From Nemertoderma westbladi (Eukaryota > Animalia > Xenacoelomorpha): DNA of 59,968 nucleotides. Shown here piece by piece: positions 39,709 through 51,494 of this stretch. The stretch lies in contig JAUCBJ010008550.1 in NCBI GenBank assembly GCA_032718475.1, positions 1-59,968 on the forward strand, read 5' to 3'. The notes under the pieces are model-generated. The model was not told the DNA's origin, ran no database searches, and was given only the letters and a program-made list of their open reading frames with translations. How positions within the stretch are numbered: position 1 is the stretch's first letter; every line of letters begins with the position of its first letter. Made by a program: the position numbers and the translations under genes.

Positions 39709-42339
39709 TTGCCTGATTTGCCCCCAGCTGTTAGAAGACAGCTAGCTAGCACAGACTTAGGTAGTACGGAACCCGCATATCAAACTATTCAGGTCAAAAG
39801 ACTCCCTACAATAGTTGATGAGCCTGAAATAATTAGGCCTGTCGTTCCCAAAGTCACTTCTGTGTTAGAGACCCCTGTACTTCCAGAGCTTAACTCTAAA
39901 TTCCCTTTACATAGTACTACACTGCCTGTACCCGGTAGAACAGTCCAAGAGAATATCCCTGTCCTGATAGCAGAGAGAGAAATCAAAGATTTGTCTCCCG
40001 TCGTCCCACGTCAGCCCGCTACAATGTTGGCGACTCCCGCTTCGGCGGTCGAGTGGGTAGAAGAGGGACGGCGGGGGATGAATCTCCTGTTCGGACAGAT
40101 GCAGGAGACTGTCTACCAACTTAAGGGAACAGTAAGGGAAGGTAGGGCAGAGTTGCAAGAAGTGCAGCAAAGTATCGCACTGGAACGCGACAAGTTAGTC
40201 AATATACAAAAGGGCATACCAATACCCCCTGTAACATTGTGTCAACCTGTTAGGTCTGAAGTATTACATGCGCAAGGTGTGGAGCCTACACGCATCTATA
40301 CTGCTAGTGAAGTAGAAACTCCTATAGCAAACCCTATTAAGGGTGATTATAGACCTGTTATTAATGATATTCCCTATAGACCTGATAATGATCCGAGAAA
40401 TTTATATACCGATAATTCGATATTAAATAACACGATGGCCCAAGAAAGCTTTACGCGTCAGATGGCTAGAACAGAAGCCCGCCAAGCGGTCAAAGTGGGA
40501 GAGATCGTCAAATTCAATGGAGATGAGATGAAATGGTTACCTTTCAATGAATATTACAAAGACAGCATACAGAACTCTGTACTATCTAACGGAGAGAAAC
40601 TTAGGTTCCTCATCAAGTGCTTGGAAGGACCTCCCAAGTTAATGGCGTTAAAGTTTATTGGACATCCAGAAGGATTAAGACAAGTATGGGATACATTAAA
40701 CATCAGGTATGGTAACAAGGATAACATAGCTAAGTATTTGTATGCAAAATTAGTAGCCCCCCGACACTTCCTTAGTAGCGGGATTATAAAGTTTTCCGAT
40801 GAGATTCAAGAGATCTGTAGACAATTGGACTGGTTAGGTAAGTCTCATGAATATCAGAGTTCAATGGTTATTGGAGCCGTAGTCTCTACTTTACCAAAGG
40901 GTGGAGTATGTACACGCTGGGACAAGAAAGTGTTGTACATGAATGAACAACAACGACGAAGCCCTACCATGGCTGATCTCATGTCCTTCTTAGATAGTGA
41001 AGTAAAATTACAACTCATAAAGCAGTCCAGAGAGAAAACATCGGAAAATAAGGTAAGTGAGAAACCCGCTTCTAGGAGAAGGATAATACCAGTGTGTTAT
41101 ACAGACGACTGCGATAGCCAAGCTTCTCAAGAAGAGGACAGCGGGAAAGACACAGCAAAATCTTACTATGACAACAAGACCTATAAAGACGTAAGTAAAT
41201 ACAAGTCTCGAACCAGTGACAGGAGAGAACAGGTAACAACAACTCCTCCTACGTCTCCTAAGAGAATTCACGGAAGAAAGCCCGAAGAAAGAACGAGAGT
41301 GCATAACGTTACCCAAGGTAAAGTGACTAACATAAAACCTAACTGTGCGCTGTGCGACGGGCCCCACCGTTTGAGTGCGTGTGCTGAATTTCTAAAGAAA
41401 TCCCTTGTAGACAGACGTACAGTCCTGTGGAATAAGCGGTTATGCTATAATTGCCTCAGATCCGGACACCAACGGCGAACCTGTTACTCCGAAGTAAAGT
41501 GTGCAAAGTGTGGCGCGAAACATCACATCTTGTTACACAGTGAGTTCGAACGAGACAACCCGAGTCAGGTAAGTGAGCCCGAACTACATGTCCAATTCAG
41601 TGATGTAAATGACACTGATCAAGAGTCTGAGATGGAAGGATTCTATACTGACGAATTCTCCGACGCCAACGAATCCTGTTACCTAATAAATACCTCAGTG
41701 TATCGAGCACTTACTTATGAAAAGGACACCGACAATGAGTTCCCCCCAACTACTTTTGCCAGACAACCATCTTGGAAAGCTCCAACTTCCAACGTAGGAA
41801 TCAGAGAATTTCCTGTAGTGCAGGTAAGAGTTTACGGTCCTAACAAAAGTTACATAGTGAACGCCCTCCTTGACTCCGGCAGCACAGGAACATTCATCGA
41901 TCAAGAACTAGCCGAAGATATCTTTGCTGGACAACCCAAATTCCGGACTAAATTGAATATGTCAGGAATTATGCAGGTTTGGAAATATACCCTAACGGCA
42001 GACTACTATGTAGGTGTGTTGTCCACCCCCCAGGATAAATTAGGAGCTCAAGGTATAAGGTTGGTAAAAATGGTGGCTATAAAGAACTTCGCTACTACCC
42101 AAGCAGACCTTTATAATTGGGACGAGGATGAGAGCATCCAACATCTTAAGATACCTCGATTCCAGACAGATTATCCTGGAGTGCAAATACTCATCGGCCA
42201 AAACGCGCATGAGGCGCTCGAGACATTGGAGAAACGGCCTGCTCAACCGCAGCCACTACAAACCTATGCGGTAAGAACTAGAGTAGGTTGGTACTTCACT
42301 GGCCCTTCCCGTAGAACTCTCAAAGAGAGATTACCTTAA
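39709..42339 (+). CDS. BEL/Pao Gag-protease
   Basis: FNGDEMKWLPF...EKLRFL..CLEG (DUF1759-like). Three BEL-type knuckles: CALC...H...C, CYNCLRSGH....C, CAKCGAKHHILLH. Aspartic protease ALLDSGS...ILIG...AVRTRVGW..TGP. Confidence 0.92.
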   Translation: MPDLPPAVRRQLASTDLGSTEPAYQTIQVKRLPTIVDEPEIIRPVVPKVTSVLETPVLPELNSKFPLHSTTLPVPGRTVQENIPVLIAEREIKDLSPVVPRQPATMLATPASAVEWVEEGRRGMNLLFGQMQETVYQLKGTVREGRAELQEVQQSIALERDKLVNIQKGIPIPPVTLCQPVRSEVLHAQGVEPTRIYTASEVETPIANPIKGDYRPVINDIPYRPDNDPRNLYTDNSILNNTMAQESFTRQMARTEARQAVKVGEIVKFNGDEMKWLPFNEYYKDSIQNSVLSNGEKLRFLIKCLEGPPKLMALKFIGHPEGLRQVWDTLNIRYGNKDNIAKYLYAKLVAPRHFLSSGIIKFSDEIQEICRQLDWLGKSHEYQSSMVIGAVVSTLPKGGVCTRWDKKVLYMNEQQRRSPTMADLMSFLDSEVKLQLIKQSREKTSENKVSEKPASRRRIIPVCYTDDCDSQASQEEDSGKDTAKSYYDNKTYKDVSKYKSRTSDRREQVTTTPPTSPKRIHGRKPEERTRVHNVTQGKVTNIKPNCALCDGPHRLSACAEFLKKSLVDRRTVLWNKRLCYNCLRSGHQRRTCYSEVKCAKCGAKHHILLHSEFERDNPSQVSEPELHVQFSDVNDTDQESEMEGFYTDEFSDANESCYLINTSVYRALTYEKDTDNEFPPTTFARQPSWKAPTSNVGIREFPVVQVRVYGPNKSYIVNALLDSGSTGTFIDQELAEDIFAGQPKFRTKLNMSGIMQVWKYTLTADYYVGVLSTPQDKLGAQGIRLVKMVAIKNFATTQADLYNWDEDESIQHLKIPRFQTDYPGVQILIGQNAHEALETLEKRPAQPQPLQTYAVRTRVGWYFTGPSRRTLKERLP

Positions 42340-42444
42340 CAACAGGTATACCAAGTAAAGGAATGGGAAGTGGAGAGCAGTGATGTGGACGATCCAACTG
42401 AGGGAACACCATACTCCTCAGATAATGACGATATTAACTCCAAT

Positions 42445-42600
42445 GTAGATCAATGGAGACATTGCCTTGGGACGATTAATCCAGCCGACATCGCTTCCAG
42501 AGGAGCAACTCCTCAAGAACTGATAGATAATCCAGGCTGGTTAGGTGGATCCGACTTCTTAAGTAAAGAAGAAGAAGAATGGCCTCCTCATCTTACCACG
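42445..42600 (+). pseudogene. Remnant of BEL/Pao RNase H C-terminus
   Basis: QWRHCLGTINPADIASRG..P.EL....W.GG..FL.....WP. RT, most of RNase H and integrase are absent. Confidence 0.88.
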
Positions 42601-44404
42601 GCGGAGAGTAGACAGGCCAAGGGAGCGGAGAAAGTAACACAACAACTCAATCGCCCAGCTAGTCGTTTATGTTTACTGGAAAGAGACCGAAAACTGTCCG
42701 GAAACTATGGAAGGCAAGATACTCTTCCTACGACTACTTCCCTAATCCGACAAATATCTAGGGACTCCATAACGTGATAGCATGTGGAGTGGGCGTGTGA
42801 CTATATCATTTTATATTTGTTTTTATTTTATATTTATGTATGTATTATTATGTAATTTTATTATAATCGTTTTCTTTAATTTTATTTAGTAGAATGTTAT
42901 TTTAGTGATTATTTAGTAGATTAGTGCAATATATTAGTGTTTATTACGTACGTAATTACTTATAATATATATTTAGTGCGACGGCGAGAAATAATTATTT
43001 TTTCTCTTTCCTTACTGTCCGTATCATATTATAAATACGTGACTACAGTAAGATGAAATGTCAGTACTTATTAAAGTACAATAAAGCTCCTACTATATTC
43101 AAGTATTATTGGTAGGCAGAGTATTAGGAATGCAAAGTTCAGATCCTCGTGTCTCGGCTAAACCAAGCTCTGGGTAGACCTTGGAAACGACTTGCCTCTT
43201 CACACTGACATTGCTTCGTGCGATATTGCTCTTCTACCTTATATTAAATAATACATATAGTAGCGTGATGTCCCTTTAACAGTAGCGTAAAACGCAAATA
43301 AATCTGTTAAACCTTTTGACCATCTGTAATTCTAGTCGATTAAGATATCGCGGCACCCACCGATATACTTGAAAGACAAATTCTAGAATCAGTGGTTAAC
43401 GTCCCCAGACAAGTTCTGGAATAAATCGGTGCCCATCTTAAATATTAATTTAATATTTATTAAAATCTGTAAAATTCAGATCCGTTAACAATTCTAGTCG
43501 ATTAAGATATCGTAGCACTTACCGATACTCTTAAAAGACAAATTTCATAGAATTAAGAATCCTATGTCCCCAGACCTGCTCTGGAATCAAATTGTGTCAA
43601 TTTTAACATCAAATAATAAAATTCACGGGAATAAATTCAAATTCATATTTTAAATGAATTTCATAAATTTTCATTTTGTACAATTTATAACATTCCCAAA
43701 ATTCCATTAATTAATAGATCATGGGAGCGGAGATTCATCCTATTGAGTGTATTAGAGTGCGAGAATCTCCAACATATAGTCAATAGCCGATAAAATTAAT
43801 AAAATCATGCATAAAGAGGATATTGACAATTAAAGAATTATTATTAAATAGCATCCCAGATCTGTATGCATGAGAATTAACCTAATTCTACCGCTAGCAT
43901 TCCATAATGTCACCATAGCAACACCCACGCTAGAATTAGAAGCAAGTTAAAAGAACAATAGAAAGCTTGTCCCATTGCATAGCATAGCGAATATAGCACA
44001 CTGCTAGTATCCAAGGATACACAGTAATAACGTGACATTCTGGAAGGCACTGACTAACGGACAAATGGCCTGTATGTGTGCAGTTGGTGACAGTTGTGTG
44101 GAATTTGTGCGTTTATAGGTGAATGTTACTGCTAAAGTATGTTTACAGTAGCTAGTCGCAATTGTAAAAATAGCCCAACTCTCCTATAGAAAGAACCTAA
44201 GTGGATCCAAGCCTTTGGGACGGACAGTGGAGTGACTTGTGCCGGTTATCGTTGTCGTGCTGTTGCTACATGTTGGCGTAAACACCGCGACGACGGTACA
44301 TCGGCGCTGAGAATCCCACTGTCCGGGGGCAAAGAGAAGTAGGCAGCGACGCCCGCTCGCCTAAATATAAACTTATTTGATATTAATAAACTCAGATAGC
44401 AGAT

Positions 44405-47400
44405 ATGACGGAGTTGATAGAAGATGATCTTGGTATTAGGGAGCGATATACTCTACCTTTACAAGCATTTGTGGATAGCTTGATACGCGGTGAAGCCGAT
44501 CCAACCATTACGGAGGACGATGGTCGTTATATCGAACCGCCGATGTCCCAAGAGCAACTTGCGCTTGAATTGGACTATCGAAAATTCACCACTCGCTATA
44601 CGAATCGTAATGGTACGTATATGGACTTCTTAACGACCGGCCATCCTATCGATTTACATGATACGGACGATGTAGATACAGAGAGAGAAATGGTTCTATT
44701 TAAATATCATACCCAACGGAGTCGTAACGATAAACCGAGAATAGATCACGAAAATTCTATTCGTAATAGACTGGAAAGAGAAAACGTTGAAGAACCGGAT
44801 AAACGCATCGACTTCAACGAATACCTAGAATTTTTGAGAGAAACCTATCTCAACATCGCTAGTCAGCAGAACTTAGAGACTCAATATCCTCAAGGTATAC
44901 ATCACGACCCTGTGGTAGAACTCAAACGGCTCTATTTCACTATGATGTATCTTACCGCCGATCGTCCACTACCTGTTATCCCGGATAGTTTTGAACAAAT
45001 GGAAGAATATTGCAAAACTGGAGAACGTTCACCCGCGTTTCCTCTACAGGACGTACGTCTTTGGTATTATTGTGACGAATGCCCTAGACCCAACCAACAA
45101 ACTGAAAGACACAAACATCCGCGGAGACGTTGCGCTAAACATAGTTTTACGCGTTACACTTACGGGAGTTTCGAGCGAAACCTGTTCGACGTACCACCCA
45201 CGATCGCTCGTCTTAAACGATCACTGAATAAACCCATGATCAGAGTTCCGGAATACTCGGTCAGGCCTCCTCATTCCCTAGTGAGACCTCAAACTCTTGA
45301 TCCTAACAGTATCACTGATCCTCCCGAACTATATTCCCTGTTCAAAGACTTAGTGTTACCAGAACAATTAATCGGTGGTGCTCCGGTAGTGGGTTCGTTA
45401 GACATCCGCCCATCCTACTTAGCCGGATTGGGACGCGGGCAGCTAATATCGCCCTTTGATCCTTACAATCGTCCAGGATTAAACCCGATACAACCCGCCA
45501 CGGAAGTCGAGGAGAGCGTTATAAGAAACGCTTTAGACGCCATTCGACAGAAAATCGGAAAGGGAACACAAGATTGCTTAGAGAAACGTAAATTACAACA
45601 ACAAGTCCAATCGGTGAAGGAGTTAGCCTTGCCACAGTTCGATAGAGAAATCCAAAATCTCGAGGAAGACATCGAGCTTGGACGCACGTATTCTCTACAA
45701 GAATTTTTAGATGAACGCTTACAGAGACAAGCGGAAGAAAATCTAATCGAAGAGAAACACACGAAACTGGAAGAAAGAGAAGAAGCCGCTTTAGCCCAAC
45801 CTGAAGCTCAAATCCTCATGACGGACCTCTACTCTAAAACCGTTCGTCATCCCTCTATGATTCCACATTTCGGAGACAAGCTCTTCGCGACGATACAACC
45901 TCAACCGGTTGATATCAGTACAGGATCGCCAAATCTTATCGCTGACGCCCCTATGTTACAGCGTCCGCCGATCGAGGCCGCTCGTGTTGACGGTATACTC
46001 GTCGAACCTCCGGACAATCGAGCGGATCTTGTCCGTCGTATGGTACACGATGTCAACATAGGCGCTAGACCTTTACAGAACTCGTTTTATGGGATTAAAG
46101 ACCACCCTTATTACGTTAATCTGACTCAATATTATATGGTAAAGCCTGAAGACCCGACACATAATTTAAAGTTTCTACCACTAATAAATCCTCTAGACAT
46201 TGTCGAACTCGAACAATTGCAGAAACATCTGGATCAGTTAGTAAAGGTAAACTCATTTAGAAAACCATATAACATTTCTCGAATCGAGAAAGATATAGAA
46301 CCTCCTTATAATCTCGATGGATTTATTAAAGCTCGATTAGTCCATTGGAATCTAGATGTATTATTTGAAGAAGAGAAAATACAAAGATATGGAAATGTGG
46401 AGACGTATACCACTCGGCACATGAAGTATAGTGATCTCCCTGACGCTAACCAATGCGCCACCTTGTGGCATCCAGTAGGGATGACCCTAGAGAACGCCAC
46501 CAAGGAGTGGAATGAAACTCTTAATGTTATTGAGATGTATGGAGTTGTCACCTACGATAATGAAGGTAGCGTTCCAGTCGGAGAACTAGGAACTACGCGC
46601 ATGATTCACATACGCGGATTAGCTGGTTCTACCCACGTGTTTACTCGAGCGTGTTCCGACGTGATTGATTATTCCTTTGAAACTCTCACCGAAACACAAA
46701 AGAATCTCCGACATGGACAATTCGAACTCGCGCAGCGTTACGTCATTGACACCGAACGCAAACCGGCCATGGGCATCGATGGATCGATGTTACCCCAGCC
46801 CGTACTCGAGATGATGTTCAACGAAAGAATCCTTAAAATCGGCTCAGCTGTTTATGGAGATCTCCAAAACGACTTTCGGAATATGGAGAACATTCCATAC
46901 CCTTTCGTTGATACTCAGCTGATTGCTCCCTGGGCAGAAGGTCGAGGTTTCTTTCGCACTATGTATGCTAATACGCCTAGCAACATTACCAAGGTGCAAC
47001 GAACTTCCATCGGACATCTTGCCTTTCAGGAATACGGATGGAATTTCAAAGTCGGAAATCCCATTAACTATCAACAAGTATACGGAGATCATTATTCTCG
47101 ATTGTACTTTGATGGACCATTAACCGCACCCGGCGCCGTGTATAGCTTCATGAGTGTTCCACTCCGTCCCTCCTTAGCTATATACACGATCTTTGAAAAC
47201 ACCGCACTTGCCGGTTGGCTAGCCGATGTGTGCAGTCGTACTATACGCGCCCATCCATTAATACTTGGGACCAAACTCGCTAAGCTAGATGAACATAATA
47301 AATTCATCCGTTTCGAATGTTTCCGGCGATTTTTAACCCCGTTCCGCAACGTGGATAGCCAATTTAAAGACTGCGCTTTGACCAAACTCAGCCTAAGAAA

Positions 47401-48659
47401 CTCCGCTGCAGAGAAGTCGGATAGCGCTGGATTCGCCATTTTCAAAGAGATTTGTATATCGAACTTGCACTCCTCTGTTATACAAAGACCTCGAATCCCC
47501 ACAGGTTATTCTGTCGTGGAAATTCAGACAATAGGTCCACCTGAAGAGACAGACGCGCCCACTTCAGCTATGCACTTGGAAGACGAACCAATATGTCTAG
47601 AATCTGAAGAGATTCAGCCTATCGCGCCCCGGAACAGCGACAACGATTACATCATAGAATGGTATCAAGGTCCACAGTGTCTCACTGCGTACGATTATCG
47701 ACATGCCAACTATGTTTCTAGGCAACGTTGTCGGTTATGCGCATCGAGAGACCACGATACGCCCATGGACACCAACGTCTGCTGTTCCTATTTCCAAGAA
47801 CAACCGACTATGGAAATTTATTGCGCATATTGCAGACTCAATAACTTTGCATATCTTTGCGGTTTGCCCTCAATTTATGACTCAATGTCACCATTGTCAA
47901 CTAAAGGGACATGCTAGTTTCGACTGCCCTTTTAATCACGATTTGGAAAGCGTGGATGAAATGATCACACTACGTTACATCAGAGCTTGGGAAGCGAACG
48001 CTGATTTACATTGTGATTCGCGCCATCGCTATTATCCCGGACGCGCTTACGAAGGAGTTTATGCGTTCCATCCTTATCTATTCGCTTCGGTTGAACAGAA
48101 ATCACGCATATCAAGTTACGAGCTACTGAAGCGCGTTGGAGAATGTATTTCAACCAAATTCGTACGCAAATTTCTCAGGAATGTTAATCCTAGCGACCTT
48201 CATTCCTATAACCTAATCAATTATATCCGTCAGGATCCGGACTATGGAGACTTGTTTGTTAACTCACACCCCGAGTTACAGGAAGTATATCGACGGCCTT
48301 ACGAATACCGAGCCCGCGAACGCGAGTTGGAAAGGACCATTAAACCCCGGAGGTTTCTAACTGCCTATGGTCCACCCACGGCCCTCGTTCAGACCACTCG
48401 TAAAGGACCCGTAAGAACGGCTGTCTTGAAACGAGCTCTCAAAGCCGTTAGACCCCTCTCCCCGGACGTTGATGTCAATCAACCCGGTACTTCGACTGGC
48501 GGATACACCGACCATAATCCTACACCCTCTGATGCAATCATATTGCACCCTTCACCCAGGAGTTATAGCCCTCCTTGTAAAGTGGCTCGCCCCAAAGAGA
48601 AAAGGACTCTGGCTAGCTTTAAGAAACTGCGTAAGCGCAGTCCGCGCAAGAAAGACTAA
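44405..48659 (+). CDS. LTR-element accessory protein: putative DEDDy 3'-5' exonuclease + CCHC zinc knuckles (one frameshift near 47846)
   Basis: 1170-aa ORF plus an overlapping 318-aa ORF. ExoI VVTYDNEG, ExoII LPQPVLEMMFNERILKIGSAVYGDL...FVDTQ, SIGHLA...YG, ExoIII-like PL.PS...YTIFE. Knuckles CAYCRLNN/HIFAVC and CHHCQLKGHASFDC; basic C-terminus. Confidence 0.72.
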
Positions 48660-48737
48660 CTGTTTAGAGTATTTACGTATATTAGAAACTGTGATTTTGT
48701 ATATTTTATAGACTCAAATCCCATTTTCTGGGAGCGG

Positions 48738-49984
48738 TGTAAAAGCTTCTGTGGGATATAACTGGCCCTTTTGCTTCGCAATCCAGTTTCCCCCCTAGGC
48801 GCTGGAATACTCTAAAAGGCTCTATAACTATATATATATTCCCCTCGCCCGCAAGGTACCGTTATAGGTGTTTTAACGGACATAAAAGTCATTCTGCTAT
48901 ATACGTGTTTTGGCGGACATGGTAAGGCAAAAAACCTGCAATGCACCAAATACCTTTCACAGCTTAGCCGTGATGATTCATATTACGACATCTAACAGCT
49001 GGTTGCTGACATGGAAACAGCCATTGGCCACATGGTTCTTTGTTTAGCTTAAGCCAATCAGAGCGATTTTTTCTGTCGATGTGGAGCTTTCGGTCGATCA
49101 TACTAGGAGTGTTCAGTCTTACTGTTTTTTACTTGATACTTTGTGTTATTGCTATCTAGGCCAGGAACACCGGCTCTAGAGTCAACTCGGTTTCATACTT
49201 TAGAAGAAACATTAGTAGGCTTAAATTATAGAGCGTATAACCGTTATCTTATCTAATCATATCAACTGATCGCAATTCAGTTTTACATTATCGGTTCAAT
49301 ATACATTATTATACTGCTATTTACTATTGTTTGGTTGAATATTATTTGGAGAACATTTATAAAGAACCCAAATTTCCCAATTTTCTACAGGTTAGAGAGG
49401 CGGGTTATATATAGCGATTGCGACTTATATTATTGTGTATGTAGTGAATTTAATGCTATTTGATAAGCACTACATTGGTCCGTTGCTGTTCTCTTTATAT
49501 ATGATAAAATTCATTGACGGTCGGCAAATTAGTGGGCAGTATTGTATGTTACCGGTAGTGTGCATGATTGTGACTGATAACTAAGCATTTCCTAAAGAAT
49601 GCGCCTCATACGTGAATCTTAAGCCTTACCGACTTGCCGTTGTGATTAGTATAAGTCATATCTCTGTTTACCTAGATAGAGCGCCACGTCCTAAAGGAAC
49701 TGTTAATATTTCCCGAAAGTGAATAATATTAGTCAGAAATTAATTATTAACGATCAATCGAATAATACAGTACAGTAAGCTTACACTGCAATAATAATCT
49801 AAGCCCTCAGAATCCAGCCCCCCGGGTATATCCAGCGGGTGAATGGACGCGCACTAGGCTGGCTTCTGCTAATGTTGTGTTTATTGGTATTAAATATTTG
49901 TCATCTTCTAAAGTCTATTTATAAACCAAAAGACATATAAATTTTGGCAGGTTAAACTGCTAAAGGTCTTCAAAAGCGCGTACA
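48738..49984 (+). repeat. 3' LTR (1247 bp)
   Basis: Same sequence as the 5' LTR apart from a 9-bp indel and two substitutions seen by eye. Confidence 0.97.
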
Positions 49985-50135
49985 GAATGGTTTAATGTGG
50001 AAGATCGCCCATGGTGGTGAACAGGCATTCCTTTAGGAAACAGAGTGGAAGGGTATACTGTGGAAGATCACCCATGGTGGTGATTAGGCATCATTTAGGA
50101 AACGGAGTGGAATGGTTTACTGTGGAAGATCACAC
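49985..50135 (+). repeat. 63-bp minisatellite, right part (about 2.5 units)
   Basis: Continues the 34171-34616 array in register after the target-site duplication. Confidence 0.95.
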
Positions 50136-50202
50136 TTTCATCTCAGAGAATTATTAATAATCGCCTATTTGTGATAACAACAACCGTAAATTTACCTATT
50201 CT

Positions 50203-50699
50203 AACTAGAAAGCCAGCAAGCTGGCTTTAAACGAACCTGCCCCTCAAACAAGTACCGCAGTACCCTGAGTGAGCAAAAATGGAAACACGAAAATTGCCAT
50301 CAACTCAACGATAGAAACACCAGCTGCTGGTACTCATGTGGGCCTTGTAAGCTACTACTATTTATTGAATGGATAGCTCAAACTGCAGAGAAGTATATTA
50401 CTTGCCAAATTTATTACTATCTCACTCTAACCCAGATAGTAATCAAACATCAACTGTAAGTTTGTATTTTCCCCACCAGATGAATACAGTAGCTCTTCCC
50501 AGTGAATCCTATGACAATAATCTATAAGGTTACTCTCACTGCTATGTTACTGTAGATGGGAGGCCAGGTAATATAATTGTAAGCACTGGGCCGTTTAAAT
50601 GGTTTATAGGTTGATGATAATGATTGATGAGGGACACAACTAACACTACGTTTGTCTATGGACGGTCTCCTTATAGCCAGCTGGCTGGCTTTTCTAGTT
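50203..50699. mobile_element. Short element bounded by ~25-bp inverted repeats
   Basis: AACTAGAAAGCCAGCAAGCTGGCT ... AGCCAGCTGGCTGGCTTTTCTAGTT. No clear TSD. Confidence 0.5.
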
Positions 50700-51307
50700 G
50701 AATCATATTATTCTGCAACCAAATAATTTACTCTTTTAGACGAATTTGTGCGTTTTTTTTGCCGGACTAACAAATTTTGGCGACGTTCTGTGCGAGATTG
50801 GCGATATTTGAAAAGACCCTGAGGCTCAAATATGTTTCTCAAATGACTGAATAGCCCAAATAAAAAAGTTGGTGCATACTCGACGAGTTGAAATCGGTGA
50901 AATTCGACATTAAATTGTCAAAACCGCTATTTTTCAGTGACCCCGTGATCGAAACATGATATACAGTCTTGTGCGCAACCAAAATTTATGTAGAGTTTGT
51001 TATTAAAATTTTTGCGTACCTGATTGAGTTTTTGAGATATTTGATGGTTATACATATATATATACATTATACACACACACATAACCACATCGTGTTTTTG
51101 AACGACTCAACTCTTGACAAGAACTACCCTGGCCTATTAATAGTCAGGTTCATTATTAAAAGGGCGCGTTTCATTTTTATAAGAATCGATCAAAAATTAA
51201 AGTAATAAATCCATTAACATCACTAATTTATTTAATTCCCTAATTTAATTAACTAAAAGTACTAGGCCTACATTACTTTTAATTCGTCGAAAAAATGTCA
51301 GACAGTC

Positions 51308-51494
51308 GACTGAGTACTTTTCTTGAAATCATTAATTCATTATAATATATCAGAGTTAGTGCATCCTTGGACGATTATACTGTATAGTACTGCACCTTGT
51401 TTTTTTTTCATTACACACACTGTCTCCAGTAAAGTTAGACTGAGTACTTTTCTTGAAATCATTAATTCATTATAATATATCAGAGTTAGTGCAT
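51308..51494 (+). repeat. ~57-bp perfect direct repeat pair
   Basis: gactgagtacttttcttgaaatcattaattcattataatatatcagagttagtgcat at ~51308 and ~51438. Confidence 0.85.

Larger units (their letters stand above)
34617..49984 (+). mobile_element. BEL/Pao LTR retrotransposon, 15.4 kb, pol-deleted, with an extra ORF
   Basis: TG...CA LTRs, 5-bp target-site duplication GAATG (34612-34616 and 49985-49989), purine tract GGGAGCGG before the 3' LTR, and BEL/Pao-type Gag, protease and RNase H remnant. Confidence 0.95.

Noticed and set aside
44405-47917. Envelope gene of the LTR element
   Set aside because: No signal peptide, furin-site/fusion-peptide arrangement or C-terminal transmembrane helix is visible; nuclease and zinc-knuckle motifs are present instead.
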